Source: an uncultured Cytophagales bacterium
Lineage (GTDB): Bacteria > Bacteroidota > Bacteroidia > Cytophagales > Bernardetiaceae
Direction: 5' to 3'
Assembly (NCBI GenBank): GCA_963761725.1
Contig: CAVXHP010000006.1
Coordinates: forward strand, 445,534 to 509,533
Length of the DNA: 64,000 nt
The first letter of the stretch is position 1. Every line of letters starts with the position of its first letter. Shown here one piece after another: positions 21,313 through 30,761 of the stretch. The translations under genes and the position numbers were made by a program. Below the pieces are notes generated by a model that was given only the letters and a program-made list of their open reading frames with translations, did no database searches and was not told where the DNA came from.

Positions 21313-21381
21313 AAAATAACCACCGAGTATTTGTATCTTCCCTTAGCAATTGTGTGGTAATCCAGACGTTGCTAATGGGAA

Positions 21382-22527
21382 CTAAAGCACAAGCAAATTA
21401 CAACCTCTAACATCAGAATAATCAAAACGCCCTAAAACTTGAAACTCTCCTTTTTGATTAATTTTACCTAAATCCTGCGTTTCTATAAAACCACAACTTT
21501 CCACATTTGCCAAATCAATAACATTAATTGCTCCACTTTGAATTTCAGATTTATTTACTAATTCTTTATTATTCTTCAAATCAAAAGGATCATTTGTATC
21601 ACGAATAATAATTTTGAGATAAGAAGGAGTTTGAAACCATATTTCATTTTCAGTATTAACTTTACTACTACTCTTTTCTGTATTTTTAATGGCATACCCT
21701 TGAGATAAAAGTTCTGTCATTCCGTATTCTGAATCAATTGCAGAAACTCCGAAAGCAGTTTTTAATATTTGATGCACTTCTTCTCGTACCATTTCCTTTT
21801 TTCTGCCTTTCATTCCTCCAGTTTCCATTACGATTATTTCATTTTTTACATTTTTTTTTTCTTCTAAATCATCAAATTGTTTTGTCTTTGGTAATCGGTA
21901 ATTTGGATAATTTTCTCTCAAAAAATCAGCAAAATCCAAAAGTGCAAAAGTAACTCCTAATAATAAAACTGGTTTTGTAGGATTTGTTATAACTACTTTT
22001 TCTAATTCTGTTTTGAGTTTTTCATAATCGTACAAGAAATAATTTGAATTAGGTTGTGCATTCTTCAAAAAATAATCTACCATATAAATCAGCGAAGAAC
22101 CATCACGTTCTAAATAAGAAGGCAGTAATGCAAAAATTTGAAAATCATCTAATTTTCCGTATTCTTTATACAGTTCTTCAAAAATAAATTGACTAGATTT
22201 TTCATAAAAATTTAAATCCGAAATAGCGTGTTTACTTCTATTAGTTTGGTCACTTGTTCCACTACTTGTAAAAATTTGATTTGTCTTTATGCCTTCTATT
22301 TGAACATGATGTGACTTAAAAAATCGAATAGGCAAAAATGGAATCTTGTAAATCGATTTTATTTCTGTTGAATCAATATTCAATTTCTCAATATACTCCT
22401 TATATACAGGATTGTATTTTGATTGAAAATAAAACAATTCTAAAGCCTTCGTCTCAAATGCTGCGAAATCATTTTTTGGAATAGAAAAAATACTTTTTTT
22501 GTAATCTTTGATAAAATTTTGGTGCAT
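21382..22527 (-). CDS. LuxE-like acyl-protein synthetase / adenylate-forming enzyme (PaaK/F390-synthetase superfamily)
   Basis: 381 aa. The N-terminal FxIxxxDFxxxALELFxFQ pattern and overall size match Bacteroidota LuxE-family proteins. Assigned at family level from memory. Confidence 0.55.
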   Translation of the reverse strand: MHQNFIKDYKKSIFSIPKNDFAAFETKALELFYFQSKYNPVYKEYIEKLNIDSTEIKSIYKIPFLPIRFFKSHHVQIEGIKTNQIFTSSGTSDQTNRSKHAISDLNFYEKSSQFIFEELYKEYGKLDDFQIFALLPSYLERDGSSLIYMVDYFLKNAQPNSNYFLYDYEKLKTELEKVVITNPTKPVLLLGVTFALLDFADFLRENYPNYRLPKTKQFDDLEEKKNVKNEIIVMETGGMKGRKKEMVREEVHQILKTAFGVSAIDSEYGMTELLSQGYAIKNTEKSSSKVNTENEIWFQTPSYLKIIIRDTNDPFDLKNNKELVNKSEIQSGAINVIDLANVESCGFIETQDLGKINQKGEFQVLGRFDYSDVRGCNLLVL

Positions 22528-22836
22528 AGTGTTTTTGTATGACAGACTTACTAGTCTGGTCTAAAACTAAAAAGGTTCTTTTTCGTTAAGAAGGGAATAC
22601 TATTTTTATAAATTTTCTGTAAAATGTAGAAAGTAATTTAAAAGTAGCTAAAACGAGTATAAAAATGAAATAACAATTTTTATTCTCACAAAAAATTACG
22701 ATACTTGTTAGATTAAACTAAAATCTAAGAATTAAGATTTAAAGCATAAATTAGCACTAATTTACACTCTTTATCTTATTGGAATTTTAATACAAATAAA
22801 ACCAATAAAATAAAGTACGAATAGAAAAAAAAATAT

Positions 22837-24234
22837 ATGATTGACAATAACATCTATTATACGCCCAAACAAATTGTTGAGGAGCTGGATAAATATATCA
22901 TTGGACAACACGAAGCTAAGAGAAATGTAGCTATTGCATTACGTAATCGTTGGAGGCGTATGCATGTAAAGTCAGACATGCAAAAAGAAATTATGCCAAA
23001 TAACATTTTGATGATTGGCTCAACAGGCGTTGGAAAAACAGAAATTGCTCGTCGTTTGGCAAAAGTAGCAAATGCTCCTTTTGTAAAAGTAGAGGCTTCA
23101 AAGTTTACAGAAGTGGGTTATGTCGGACGTGATGTAGAGAGTATGGTTCGTGATTTGGTAGAACAAGCTGTAAAACTTATTCAAACTGAAAAACGTGATG
23201 CTGTTAAGCAGAAAGCCGAACAGGCTGTTGAAGATATTATTTTGGATGCTCTTATTCCACCTTTAAAAAATAGACAACCTGCTACTACGTCTTCTAGTGT
23301 TGGTTTTTCGAATGATGAAATGCCTACTTCAGATGCAGAACTGAATGAACGTACAAGAGAACGTTTTAGAGAAAAATTGCGTGCTGGAGAATTAGAAGAC
23401 CGAAAAATAGAAATCACATTAGAATCTAGCAATAATCCAGGTGTTGGTGTTGTGGGTGGTGCTATCGATGAAGTTTCGATGATGAATCTTCAAGAAATGT
23501 TAAGTGGAATGTTACCTAGCCGTTCGAAAAAGCGTAAAGTAACTATTGAAGAAGCTCGTACTCTTTTATTAGAAGAAGAAGCCTTCAAACTCATTGATAT
23601 GGACGAGGTAAAAGTAGAAGCTATCAAAAAAGCCGAAAATTCTGGAATTATTTTTATTGATGAAATTGACAAAGTAGCCTCTTCTGGAAATAAAGGAGGT
23701 GGAGCAGATGTAAGCCGTGAAGGTGTGCAGCGTGATTTGTTGCCAATTGTAGAGGGAAGTGCCGTAACGACCAAACACGGAATTGTGAATACAGACCATA
23801 TTTTATTTATTGCTGCTGGAGCATTTCATGTTTCTAAACCTTCGGATTTGATACCAGAGTTGCAAGGTCGTTTTCCTATTCGTGTAGAACTTAATTCGCT
23901 TACAAAAGAAGATTTCCATAAAATATTGAAAGACCCAAAAAATGCTCTAAGCAAACAATATGTGGCTCTTTTAGAATCAGAAGGTGTAAAACTGACTTAT
24001 CAAGATGATGCTTTAGAGGAAATTGCAGATATTGCTTTTCATATTAATAGTGAGCTTGAGAATATTGGAGCAAGACGTTTGCATACCGTTATGAGCCATC
24101 TTTTGAATGAAATTTTGTTTGATATTCCTGATACTATTCCTCCAAATGCTCATGTAGCAATTACAAAAGAAATGGTACAAGATAAATTGAAAGCACTTAT
24201 CAAAAATAGAGATTTGAGTCAGTATATTTTATAA
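22837..24234 (+). CDS. hslU: ATP-dependent protease ATPase subunit HslU
   Basis: IIGQHEAKRNVAIALRNRWRR, Walker A GSTGVGKTEIARRLA, Walker B IIFIDEIDK and the I-domain insertion. No hslV is adjacent. Confidence 0.9.
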   Translation: MIDNNIYYTPKQIVEELDKYIIGQHEAKRNVAIALRNRWRRMHVKSDMQKEIMPNNILMIGSTGVGKTEIARRLAKVANAPFVKVEASKFTEVGYVGRDVESMVRDLVEQAVKLIQTEKRDAVKQKAEQAVEDIILDALIPPLKNRQPATTSSSVGFSNDEMPTSDAELNERTRERFREKLRAGELEDRKIEITLESSNNPGVGVVGGAIDEVSMMNLQEMLSGMLPSRSKKRKVTIEEARTLLLEEEAFKLIDMDEVKVEAIKKAENSGIIFIDEIDKVASSGNKGGGADVSREGVQRDLLPIVEGSAVTTKHGIVNTDHILFIAAGAFHVSKPSDLIPELQGRFPIRVELNSLTKEDFHKILKDPKNALSKQYVALLESEGVKLTYQDDALEEIADIAFHINSELENIGARRLHTVMSHLLNEILFDIPDTIPPNAHVAITKEMVQDKLKALIKNRDLSQYIL

Positions 24235-24556
24235 TAAGTACCCAGTCAAAATTATTTATGTGTATCTTCTATTTTAGCTTGGTTTGTACCGTAGGTCTGA
24301 CCAAGTTAAAATAAGTATTTGAATAGTCATAAAGGCTTATTTTGTCCAAGTCAGACCTACGGTATAGACTTGAACAAAATCACGATTACATATATTTAAT
24401 TCTGCTCAAGTACTTACTTGTCGTATTTCGTATTCTAAACCCTAAGGTTCTTTAAAGACTCTTAGGGTTTTTTCGTTTATTTCAAAAAAAATAAAATTTA
24501 ATTCATTACAATTGATTAAATTGCTACTTCATTCAAACAATTACTAAAAAAAGAAT

Positions 24557-25582
24557 ATGTCCACAGAACAGATTATTTTATTTGTCGTCTTAACGTCTTT
24601 AGTTATAGGTCTTATATTTTTTATCCGAAGTTATATTCCAATTAATTTGTGGATTATGGCTATTTTTTCGGGTGTACGTTTGGGCTTATTAGAACTGGTA
24701 GCCATGCGAATCAGAAATGTTCGTCCACGAAAGATTGTTTTGCCTCTTATTACGGCTAGTAAAGCAGGTTTGAAAGATATTACAGCATCAGATTTGGAAA
24801 CCCATTTTTTGGCTGGTGGTAGTGTAGAGGAAGTAGTAAGGGCATTGATTGCAGCCGATAAAGCAAATATTGATTTGAGCTTCAAACAAGCTACTGCAAT
24901 TGATTTGGCGGGTAGAGATGTCTCAGAAGCTGTTCAGATTTCTGTTAATCCAAAAGTAATTACTACAAATGCAGTTACTTCGGTAGCTCAAGATGGTATT
25001 CAGCTTATCACAAAAGCTCGTGTTACACTTCGTGCAAATATTGCTCAACTTGTAGGTGGTGCAGGTGAAGAAACTATTTTGGCTCGTGTGGGTGAGGGTA
25101 TCGTAACGGCAGTAGGTTCTTCGCATTCTCATAAAGACGTATTAGAAAATCCTGATAGAATTTCGAAATTAGTATTAGAAAAAGGACTTGATGCAGGAAC
25201 AGCCTTTGAAATCTTGTCAATAGATATTGCAGATATTGATGTAGGTGAGAATATTGGTGCAAAACTTCAAATCGAACAAGCCAACGCAGACCTTAGAGTA
25301 GCAGAGGCAAAAGCAGAAGAGCGTCGTGCAATGGCAATCGCAGTAGAACAAGAAATGAAAGCGAAAGCACAAGCATCAAGAGCAAAGGTAATTGAGGCAG
25401 AAGCAGAAGTTCCAAAAGCAATTTCAGAGGCAATACGCAACGGAACTTTTGGAGTAATGGATTATTATCGCCTTCAAAACTTACAATCAGATACACAAAT
25501 GCGTGAATCAATAGCTAATCCAGAAGAAAAAATGCCAAGACGTAGAAATAGCGATGATGACGATAATTATAATCAGAGATAA
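24557..25582 (+). CDS. floA: flotillin-like protein FloA (SPFH domain, UPF0365/YqfA family)
   Basis: N-terminal TM segment, SPFH core ([18 protein letters not shown]...) and C-terminal A/E-rich coiled-coil ([23 protein letters not shown]). Confidence 0.8.
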   Translation: MSTEQIILFVVLTSLVIGLIFFIRSYIPINLWIMAIFSGVRLGLLELVAMRIRNVRPRKIVLPLITASKAGLKDITASDLETHFLAGGSVEEVVRALIAADKANIDLSFKQATAIDLAGRDVSEAVQISVNPKVITTNAVTSVAQDGIQLITKARVTLRANIAQLVGGAGEETILARVGEGIVTAVGSSHSHKDVLENPDRISKLVLEKGLDAGTAFEILSIDIADIDVGENIGAKLQIEQANADLRVAEAKAEERRAMAIAVEQEMKAKAQASRAKVIEAEAEVPKAISEAIRNGTFGVMDYYRLQNLQSDTQMRESIANPEEKMPRRRNSDDDDNYNQR

Positions 25583-25629
25583 ATAAAGTTAGATTTTAGA
25601 AGTTAGAAAGTGAAAATTAGCGAACAAAG

Positions 25630-25672
25630 AACTGTTTATTCTTTTAATAGAGAATAAACAGTTTTTTTTGTT
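25630..25672 (+). terminator. rho-independent terminator after floA
   Basis: AACTGTTTATTCT ... AGAATAAACAGTT inverted repeat followed by a T-run. Confidence 0.6.
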
Positions 25673-25756
25673 TTGATTAAACAATTTCAAAATCAGTTTG
25701 TAGAATAATTATATTTCTGAAACAGTACTAATTTTACTTTTTCCATTTTTTGACCT

Positions 25757-26574
25757 ATGAAACGCTATCATTTATTCGAATTTGCAGACCTAAAATGGTT
25801 TCCTTCTATTTTGCGAAAATGTTTGATGGATTTGCTTCGTGATTTTATTGAAATTACTGGAGTTTATCGTCCTGTTGTTCCCTTTTTAAAAAACTGTCTT
25901 GAAAGAACCAAATCAACACAAAATTATAGATATGGCTTCTGGTGGTGGTGGTGCGCTTGTCCATTTAGAAAATGATATAAACGGAAATTACTGCAAACGA
26001 CAGAAAAATCTACTTCGATTTTTCTATTATCCTTAGCGATATTTATCCACAAATAGAGAGTTGGAAATGGATAAAAAAACAGAATCCAAATATTGATTTT
26101 ATTTCTCAGCCAATAGATATTACAAATCCCTCCTACAAAAGACGAGTCAGAAAAATTAAAAGGTGAAGGATTACATACACTTTTTCTCTTGTCTTCATCA
26201 TCTGAAAGAAAATCAAGTAAATCAATTATTACAAAAAACAACTCAAAATAAACAAGAATATTGTAATTTTTGAAGGTGCAAGCAAACGTTGGATAGAAGT
26301 TTTGGCAGCTATTTTTCTACTTCCAATAGGTGTAATTTTGCGTTCTGTTTTTATACGTCCGTTTTGTTATTGGAGAGTATTATTTACTTACATAATTCCT
26401 ATTTTACCTTTTTTAATGGCTTGGGACGGGACTGTTTCGGTATTGAGATTATATCCAAAAAATTATTGGGAAAATTGGACAATCTCTTATCCTGATTTTG
26501 AATGGAAAACAGGAGTTATTCCTTCTCGCTTTGGTTTGGAAGTGCGTTATCTTTTTGGGAAGCCAAAATAGAAT
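25757..26574 (+). pseudogene. fragmented gene (N-terminal MKRYHLFEFADLKWFPSILRK...; C-terminal membrane-like part 26289..26571); at least 3 frame breaks
   Basis: Pieces in three frames, including a GGTGGTGGTGGTG run read as WWWW in one frame and GGGG in another. The antisense ORF 25924..26241 is spurious. Confidence 0.3.
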
Positions 26575-26723
26575 AATTTAATAAAAGAGTTGTATTGTTT
26601 AACATTATTCTGTAAGAAAGCTATTTTTCAAAACATTGATAAACAAAATGAGTTATTTTTTTGATGATTTAAAAAAAATCATGTTTCAAAATTATTTTTT
26701 AAACTTATAAAAACCCATTTTTT

Positions 26724-27896
26724 ATGAAAGCTCTTTGTTGGCATGGTAAAAACGATGTTCGAATCAATAGAGTCGATGACCCTATTATTGAAGATCAAGG
26801 CGACATTATTATAAAAGTAACCGCAACAGCAATTTGTGGTTCGGATTTGCATATTTTGGCTGGAATGGTTCCTACAATGAAAGAAGGAGATATTTTAGGT
26901 CACGAATTTATGGGAGAAGTAGTAGAAATTGGAAAATCTGTTCAAAACTTCAGAAAGGGTGATAGAGTAGTTGTTCCTTTTACAATTGCTTGTGGGCATT
27001 GTAATTTTTGTGATGACGACTTGTATTCGCTTTGTGATAACTCGAATCGAAATGCAGAGATAGCCAAAGAAAATTTAGGACATACTATTTCTGGAATTTT
27101 CGGTTATTCACACATGCTAGGAGGTTATGCAGGAGGGCAAGCTGAGTATGTTCGAATTCCCTTTGCTGATTATGGTCCTGTAAAAGTTCCTGATTCGCTA
27201 CGTGATGATCAAGTTTTGTTTTTATCTGATATTTTCCCAACTGGTTACATGGCAGCCGAAAACGCACAAATCAAGAAAGGAAGTACGGTAGCTGTTTGGG
27301 GGTGTGGACCTGTTGGGCAGTTTGCCATTCAGAGTGCTTGGATGATGGGTGCAGGTCGTGTCATTGCGATAGACGATGTAGAAGAGCGTTTGGATATGGC
27401 AGAAAAATACGGAAAAGCAGAAGTAATTCGTACCACAAATGAGAAGGAAGTATATGAACGCTTGCAAGACATGACAGATGGTTTTGGTCCTGCAAGTTGT
27501 ATTGATGCAGTAGGTGCAGAAGCACACGGAACTATGTTAGAAAATGCAAAAGATAAGATAGAAAAAGCTGTCAATTTGCATAGTCCACATCCTTACGTTT
27601 TACAACAAGTCATTAAAAATTGTAGAAAAGGAGGAACAATTTCTATTCCTGGTGTATATGTTGGTGTAGTGGATGGTATTCCATTTGGTGCAGCTATGAA
27701 CAAAGCTTTGACTTTTAAAATGGGTCAAACACATGTTCAACACTATTTAAAACCACTTTTAGACAAAGTGGAGCGAGGCGAAATCGACCCATCTTTCCTT
27801 ATTACTCACCGTCTGAAATTAGACGAAGCTCCAGAAGCATACAAAACTTTTAGAGACAAAAAAGACAAATGTATTAAGGTGGTTCTTACTCCTTGA
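26724..27896 (+). CDS. Zn-dependent alcohol dehydrogenase family protein (formaldehyde-dehydrogenase-like)
   Basis: GHE Zn ligands ([14 protein letters not shown]), structural-Zn Cys cluster ([15 protein letters not shown]) and the GCGPVG Rossmann motif. Confidence 0.85.
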   Translation: MKALCWHGKNDVRINRVDDPIIEDQGDIIIKVTATAICGSDLHILAGMVPTMKEGDILGHEFMGEVVEIGKSVQNFRKGDRVVVPFTIACGHCNFCDDDLYSLCDNSNRNAEIAKENLGHTISGIFGYSHMLGGYAGGQAEYVRIPFADYGPVKVPDSLRDDQVLFLSDIFPTGYMAAENAQIKKGSTVAVWGCGPVGQFAIQSAWMMGAGRVIAIDDVEERLDMAEKYGKAEVIRTTNEKEVYERLQDMTDGFGPASCIDAVGAEAHGTMLENAKDKIEKAVNLHSPHPYVLQQVIKNCRKGGTISIPGVYVGVVDGIPFGAAMNKALTFKMGQTHVQHYLKPLLDKVERGEIDPSFLITHRLKLDEAPEAYKTFRDKKDKCIKVVLTP

Positions 27897-27963
27897 TTTA
27901 TTACAAGACTAGTATTCTATCAAACTTACTTCTAATAGAAGTAAGTTTTTTTTTGGTAAGATT

Positions 27964-29235
27964 TCATAAAAAAAGCAAAGAAGAATCTCCATAACTCAAA
28001 AAACGATAGTCATTATCCAAAGCTGTTTGATAAATTTTCTTCCAATCCTGACCAATAAAAGCAGCGACAAGTAAAATAAGTGTCGTTTCTGGCATGTGAA
28101 AATTGGTAATCAGCACATCACAAACACGAAAAGTATAAGAAGGAAGAATAAATATTTCGGTTTCACCTGTCAGTTTATCCTGATTAGAATCATTCATATA
28201 CTTCAAAATGGCTTCAAAACTTTCTTTTTTAGAAGGTAATTTTGTTTCAGAATCATAACTGTATGGTTCTAATTTTTCTATGAAGAAAGTCGTATTATTT
28301 TTAAGTAAAATTTTTGTTCCAAACCAATACAAACTCTCCAAAGTTCGCATAGAAGTAGTCCCGACAGAAGCTACTTTTTGAGAATCCATTATACTTTCTA
28401 TATTTTCTTTCGTGATTACGATTTGTTCGCAGTGCATTGTATGAGTTGCTACATCGCCAGCATTCTCTTTTTTGACAGGTTGAAATGTTCCTGCACCTAC
28501 GTGTAAAGTAAGTTCGTTTGTTTTTATATTCTTCTCTTTGAGACTTTGAAGCACATTTTCTGTAAAATGCAATCCTGCTGTTGGTGCTGCAACTGCTCCT
28601 GCTGCTTTGCTATAAATGGTTTGATAGCTGTCAGCATCTTTTTTGTCGGCTTCTCTTTTTATGTAAGGAGGCAAAGGCATAACACCTAATTTTTCTACAA
28701 TATCTACAAATGGAATTTCTAAATTCTGATTGTTTTTATCTTCATTTTTCCATTCCAATTCTATCAAAAGTTCTTTTCTATCAGCTATTTTGGCTTGAAT
28801 CAGAATAGTTTGATTATCAATTTCTAGTTCTCTTTCCAAAATCAATCCCTCTTTCCATCTCTTCAAATTACCTACAACACATTTCCAAGTACATTTCTCT
28901 GTACTCAACATGGCTTCACTTACATCAGCCGTTGGTAAAACTGGGTGCAACAAAAATATTTCGATAGTTGCTCCTTTTCCGTTTTGTCCTTGATGTCTAT
29001 TATTTGAGGTAGCTTTTTTTTCGAATAAAAGACGTGCAGGAATAACCTTTGTATTATTGAAATACAATGTGTAATCCTTATCCAAAAAATCAGTAATTTC
29101 TCTAAAATGATGATGCGAAATAACACCTTTTTTATAAACTAAGAGCTTCGAACTATCTCTTTTTTCTAAAGGGTTTTGAGCAATTCGCTCATTTGGCAAA
29201 CGATAGGTATAATCTTCTAAATTTATCTTTTCCAC
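27964..29235 (-). CDS. queA: S-adenosylmethionine:tRNA ribosyltransferase-isomerase QueA (with a ~70-aa insertion)
   Basis: DYTYRLPNERIAQNPLEKRDSSKLLV N-terminus, PLPPYIKR motif and the C-terminal GTTSMRTLES motif. Confidence 0.85.
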   Translation of the reverse strand: MEKINLEDYTYRLPNERIAQNPLEKRDSSKLLVYKKGVISHHHFREITDFLDKDYTLYFNNTKVIPARLLFEKKATSNNRHQGQNGKGATIEIFLLHPVLPTADVSEAMLSTEKCTWKCVVGNLKRWKEGLILERELEIDNQTILIQAKIADRKELLIELEWKNEDKNNQNLEIPFVDIVEKLGVMPLPPYIKREADKKDADSYQTIYSKAAGAVAAPTAGLHFTENVLQSLKEKNIKTNELTLHVGAGTFQPVKKENAGDVATHTMHCEQIVITKENIESIMDSQKVASVGTTSMRTLESLYWFGTKILLKNNTTFFIEKLEPYSYDSETKLPSKKESFEAILKYMNDSNQDKLTGETEIFILPSYTFRVCDVLITNFHMPETTLILLVAAFIGQDWKKIYQTALDNDYRFLSYGDSSLLFL

Positions 29236-29343
29236 TTTGCAGTTATCAGTTATCAGTTATCAGTAAACAATTGACAGTTAATTTCTACTAACTGCTTTTT
29301 CTGATTTACCGTAATTCGTAATTTTTAATTCGTAATTGGGATG

Positions 29344-29762
29344 TTAGTTCAGTACTGAATTAGTAACATTAAAAGTCATCTTGACAGTTCTTCCTTCATC
29401 TAAAAAATCAACTTTGTCAGCCAGGTTTTTTACTAGAAAAATTCCTCTTCCCCCAATAGACAATATATTTTCTGGTGCTGTTGGGTCAGGCAATGCGTCT
29501 GGATTAAATCCTTTTCCTTGATCTTTTATTGTAAAGAATAGTTTTTCTTTTCCTATTTCTAAGCTCAAATCTACTTCCTTATTCTTATCTTTTCCATTTC
29601 CATGAATAATAGCATTATTGACAGCTTCAGTAACAGCAACCATAATATTTCCGTATATATCATCTTTAAGTTAAACTTGTCACGAGCATTATCGATAAAA
29701 CTTTCTACAATACGGATATTTTCTAAAAGCGAAGGGATTTTGATGTGCAAAACTGATTTCAT
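29344..29762 (-). CDS. RsbW-like anti-sigma regulatory factor / HATPase_c serine kinase; 1-bp frameshift in an A-run (~29660-29670)
   Basis: N-box EAVNNAIIHG and G-boxes (DQGKGF, GGRGIF). The N-terminal 63-aa ORF 29571..29762 continues into 29344..29643 after restoring one A. Confidence 0.6.
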
Positions 29763-30067
29763 AATTAGTATTTGTGTTGCGAGTTAAAAATGGAAACGGT
29801 TTATTCTTATTTCATGAAAATAATCATTGTTGAATACAGTTAAATTTATAAACTTAACAATAAGAAAAAAAGTCCTTAAACATAAATATCAAATATAAGA
29901 ATTGATAGAGGAACAAACTCAATTTATTTTCACTTTTTTATAAAAAAAGTCTTAAAATTTGAAAGAACAACAAACCTGCGATAAATAATTCTGACCAATT
30001 AGTAACGCAAATTTGAATCATAACGTTCTAATTAAATTAATTATTAAAATAATACCATTTTACTATT

Positions 30068-30304
30068 GTGATACGCAACTCTATTCCTCAATTTTTTTCC
30101 TTTATTTTCTTGGCAATTGTTCGATTTTATCAATATTTTATTTCTCCAATGCTTCCTCCTCGCTGTCGTTACACACCTACATGTTCGGCTTATATGGTCG
30201 AATCTATCAAAAAATATGGAGCCTTTAAAGGAGGTTGGAAAGGAATCAAAAGAATAGGGAAATGCCACCCTTGGGGAGGAAGTGGATATGACCCAGTGGA
30301 ATGA
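30068..30304 (+). CDS. yidD: membrane protein insertion efficiency factor YidD
   Basis: 78 aa with RFYQYFISP...[10 protein letters not shown]...[10 protein letters not shown], the canonical YidD motifs. Confidence 0.85.
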   Translation: MIRNSIPQFFSFIFLAIVRFYQYFISPMLPPRCRYTPTCSAYMVESIKKYGAFKGGWKGIKRIGKCHPWGGSGYDPVE

Positions 30305-30334
30305 TTTTGTATAAATAATAGAAATTCGAATGAT

Positions 30335-30566
30335 CAACATGAGTGTCATTGGTAAAAATCAAAAATGCGTTTATTAGCTACAGAGTAGCTTTACCTTGGT
30401 AGAACAAGAATAGAAATTGATTTAAAAAGCTACAGCGTAGCGTAACTTTATTTTTAATTGCCAAGTTTCGCTACGCTGTAGCTCTACTAAAGTACTTTTT
30501 TGATGTTCTACCAAGGTTACGTTGCTCTGCAACTAAAAGTCAATACCTAACAATGACACTCATATT
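30335..30566. mobile_element. ~232-bp MITE-like nested-hairpin element with imperfect TIRs (CAACATGAGTGTCATTGGTA / TACCTAACAATGACACTCATATT) flanked by a 7-bp direct repeat GAATGAT (30328-30334 and 30567-30573)
   Basis: Outer TIRs, then a second inverted-repeat pair (TTAGCTACAGAGTAGCTTTACCTTGGTAGAACA / TGTTCTACCAAGGTTACGTTGCTCTGCAACTAA), then a perfect 15-bp inner pair (AGCTACAGCGTAGCG / CGCTACGCTGTAGCT). Confidence 0.6.
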
Positions 30567-30761
30567 GAATGATTACAATTTTACAAAAACACTTAGTGTA
30601 AAAAAAACACACTTATTTTCCCAAATCTGAAACCTTTATTTAGAAAGCAACGTTACTAAAACAAAACACTTATTGTATTTATTACACTAAGGCAAAAAAT
30701 TGCCAGCAAAAAAGATTATATTACCAAATTTATCTATATTTTAATTTAAAAATAATCACTT

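Noticed and set aside
22528-22836. tRNA or other RNA gene in long intergenic spacers (also 24235-24556, 29763-30067, 37562-37953, 59679-60393)
   Set aside because: None of these AT-rich spacers contains the GC-rich ~75-nt cloverleaf-like segment expected for a tRNA. No rRNA-like sequence was seen either.
24240-24410. Possible further MITE downstream of hslU
   Set aside because: There is a 14-bp stem hairpin (ACCGTAGGTCTGAC / GTCAGACCTACGGT) and a solo copy of the 10532-10660 TIR end, but no matching second TIR or target duplication could be identified. More likely a terminator plus a TIR remnant.
24557-25582. Expected nfeD partner upstream of floA
   Set aside because: The 320 bp upstream contains only a long-loop hairpin and no ORF. 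Absence of an adjacent nfeD is not unusual enough to report as a finding.
25924-26241. ORF 25924..26241 (-), 105 aa
   Set aside because: Overlaps the fragmented plus-strand gene and has no motifs, so it is a likely shadow ORF.
29239-29337. Possible CRISPR array (CAGTTATCAGTTATCAGTTATCAG and CGTAATT repeats)
   Set aside because: The repeat units are only 7 bp and directly abutting, without unique spacers, and no cas genes are nearby. They belong to the short intergenic repeat family instead.
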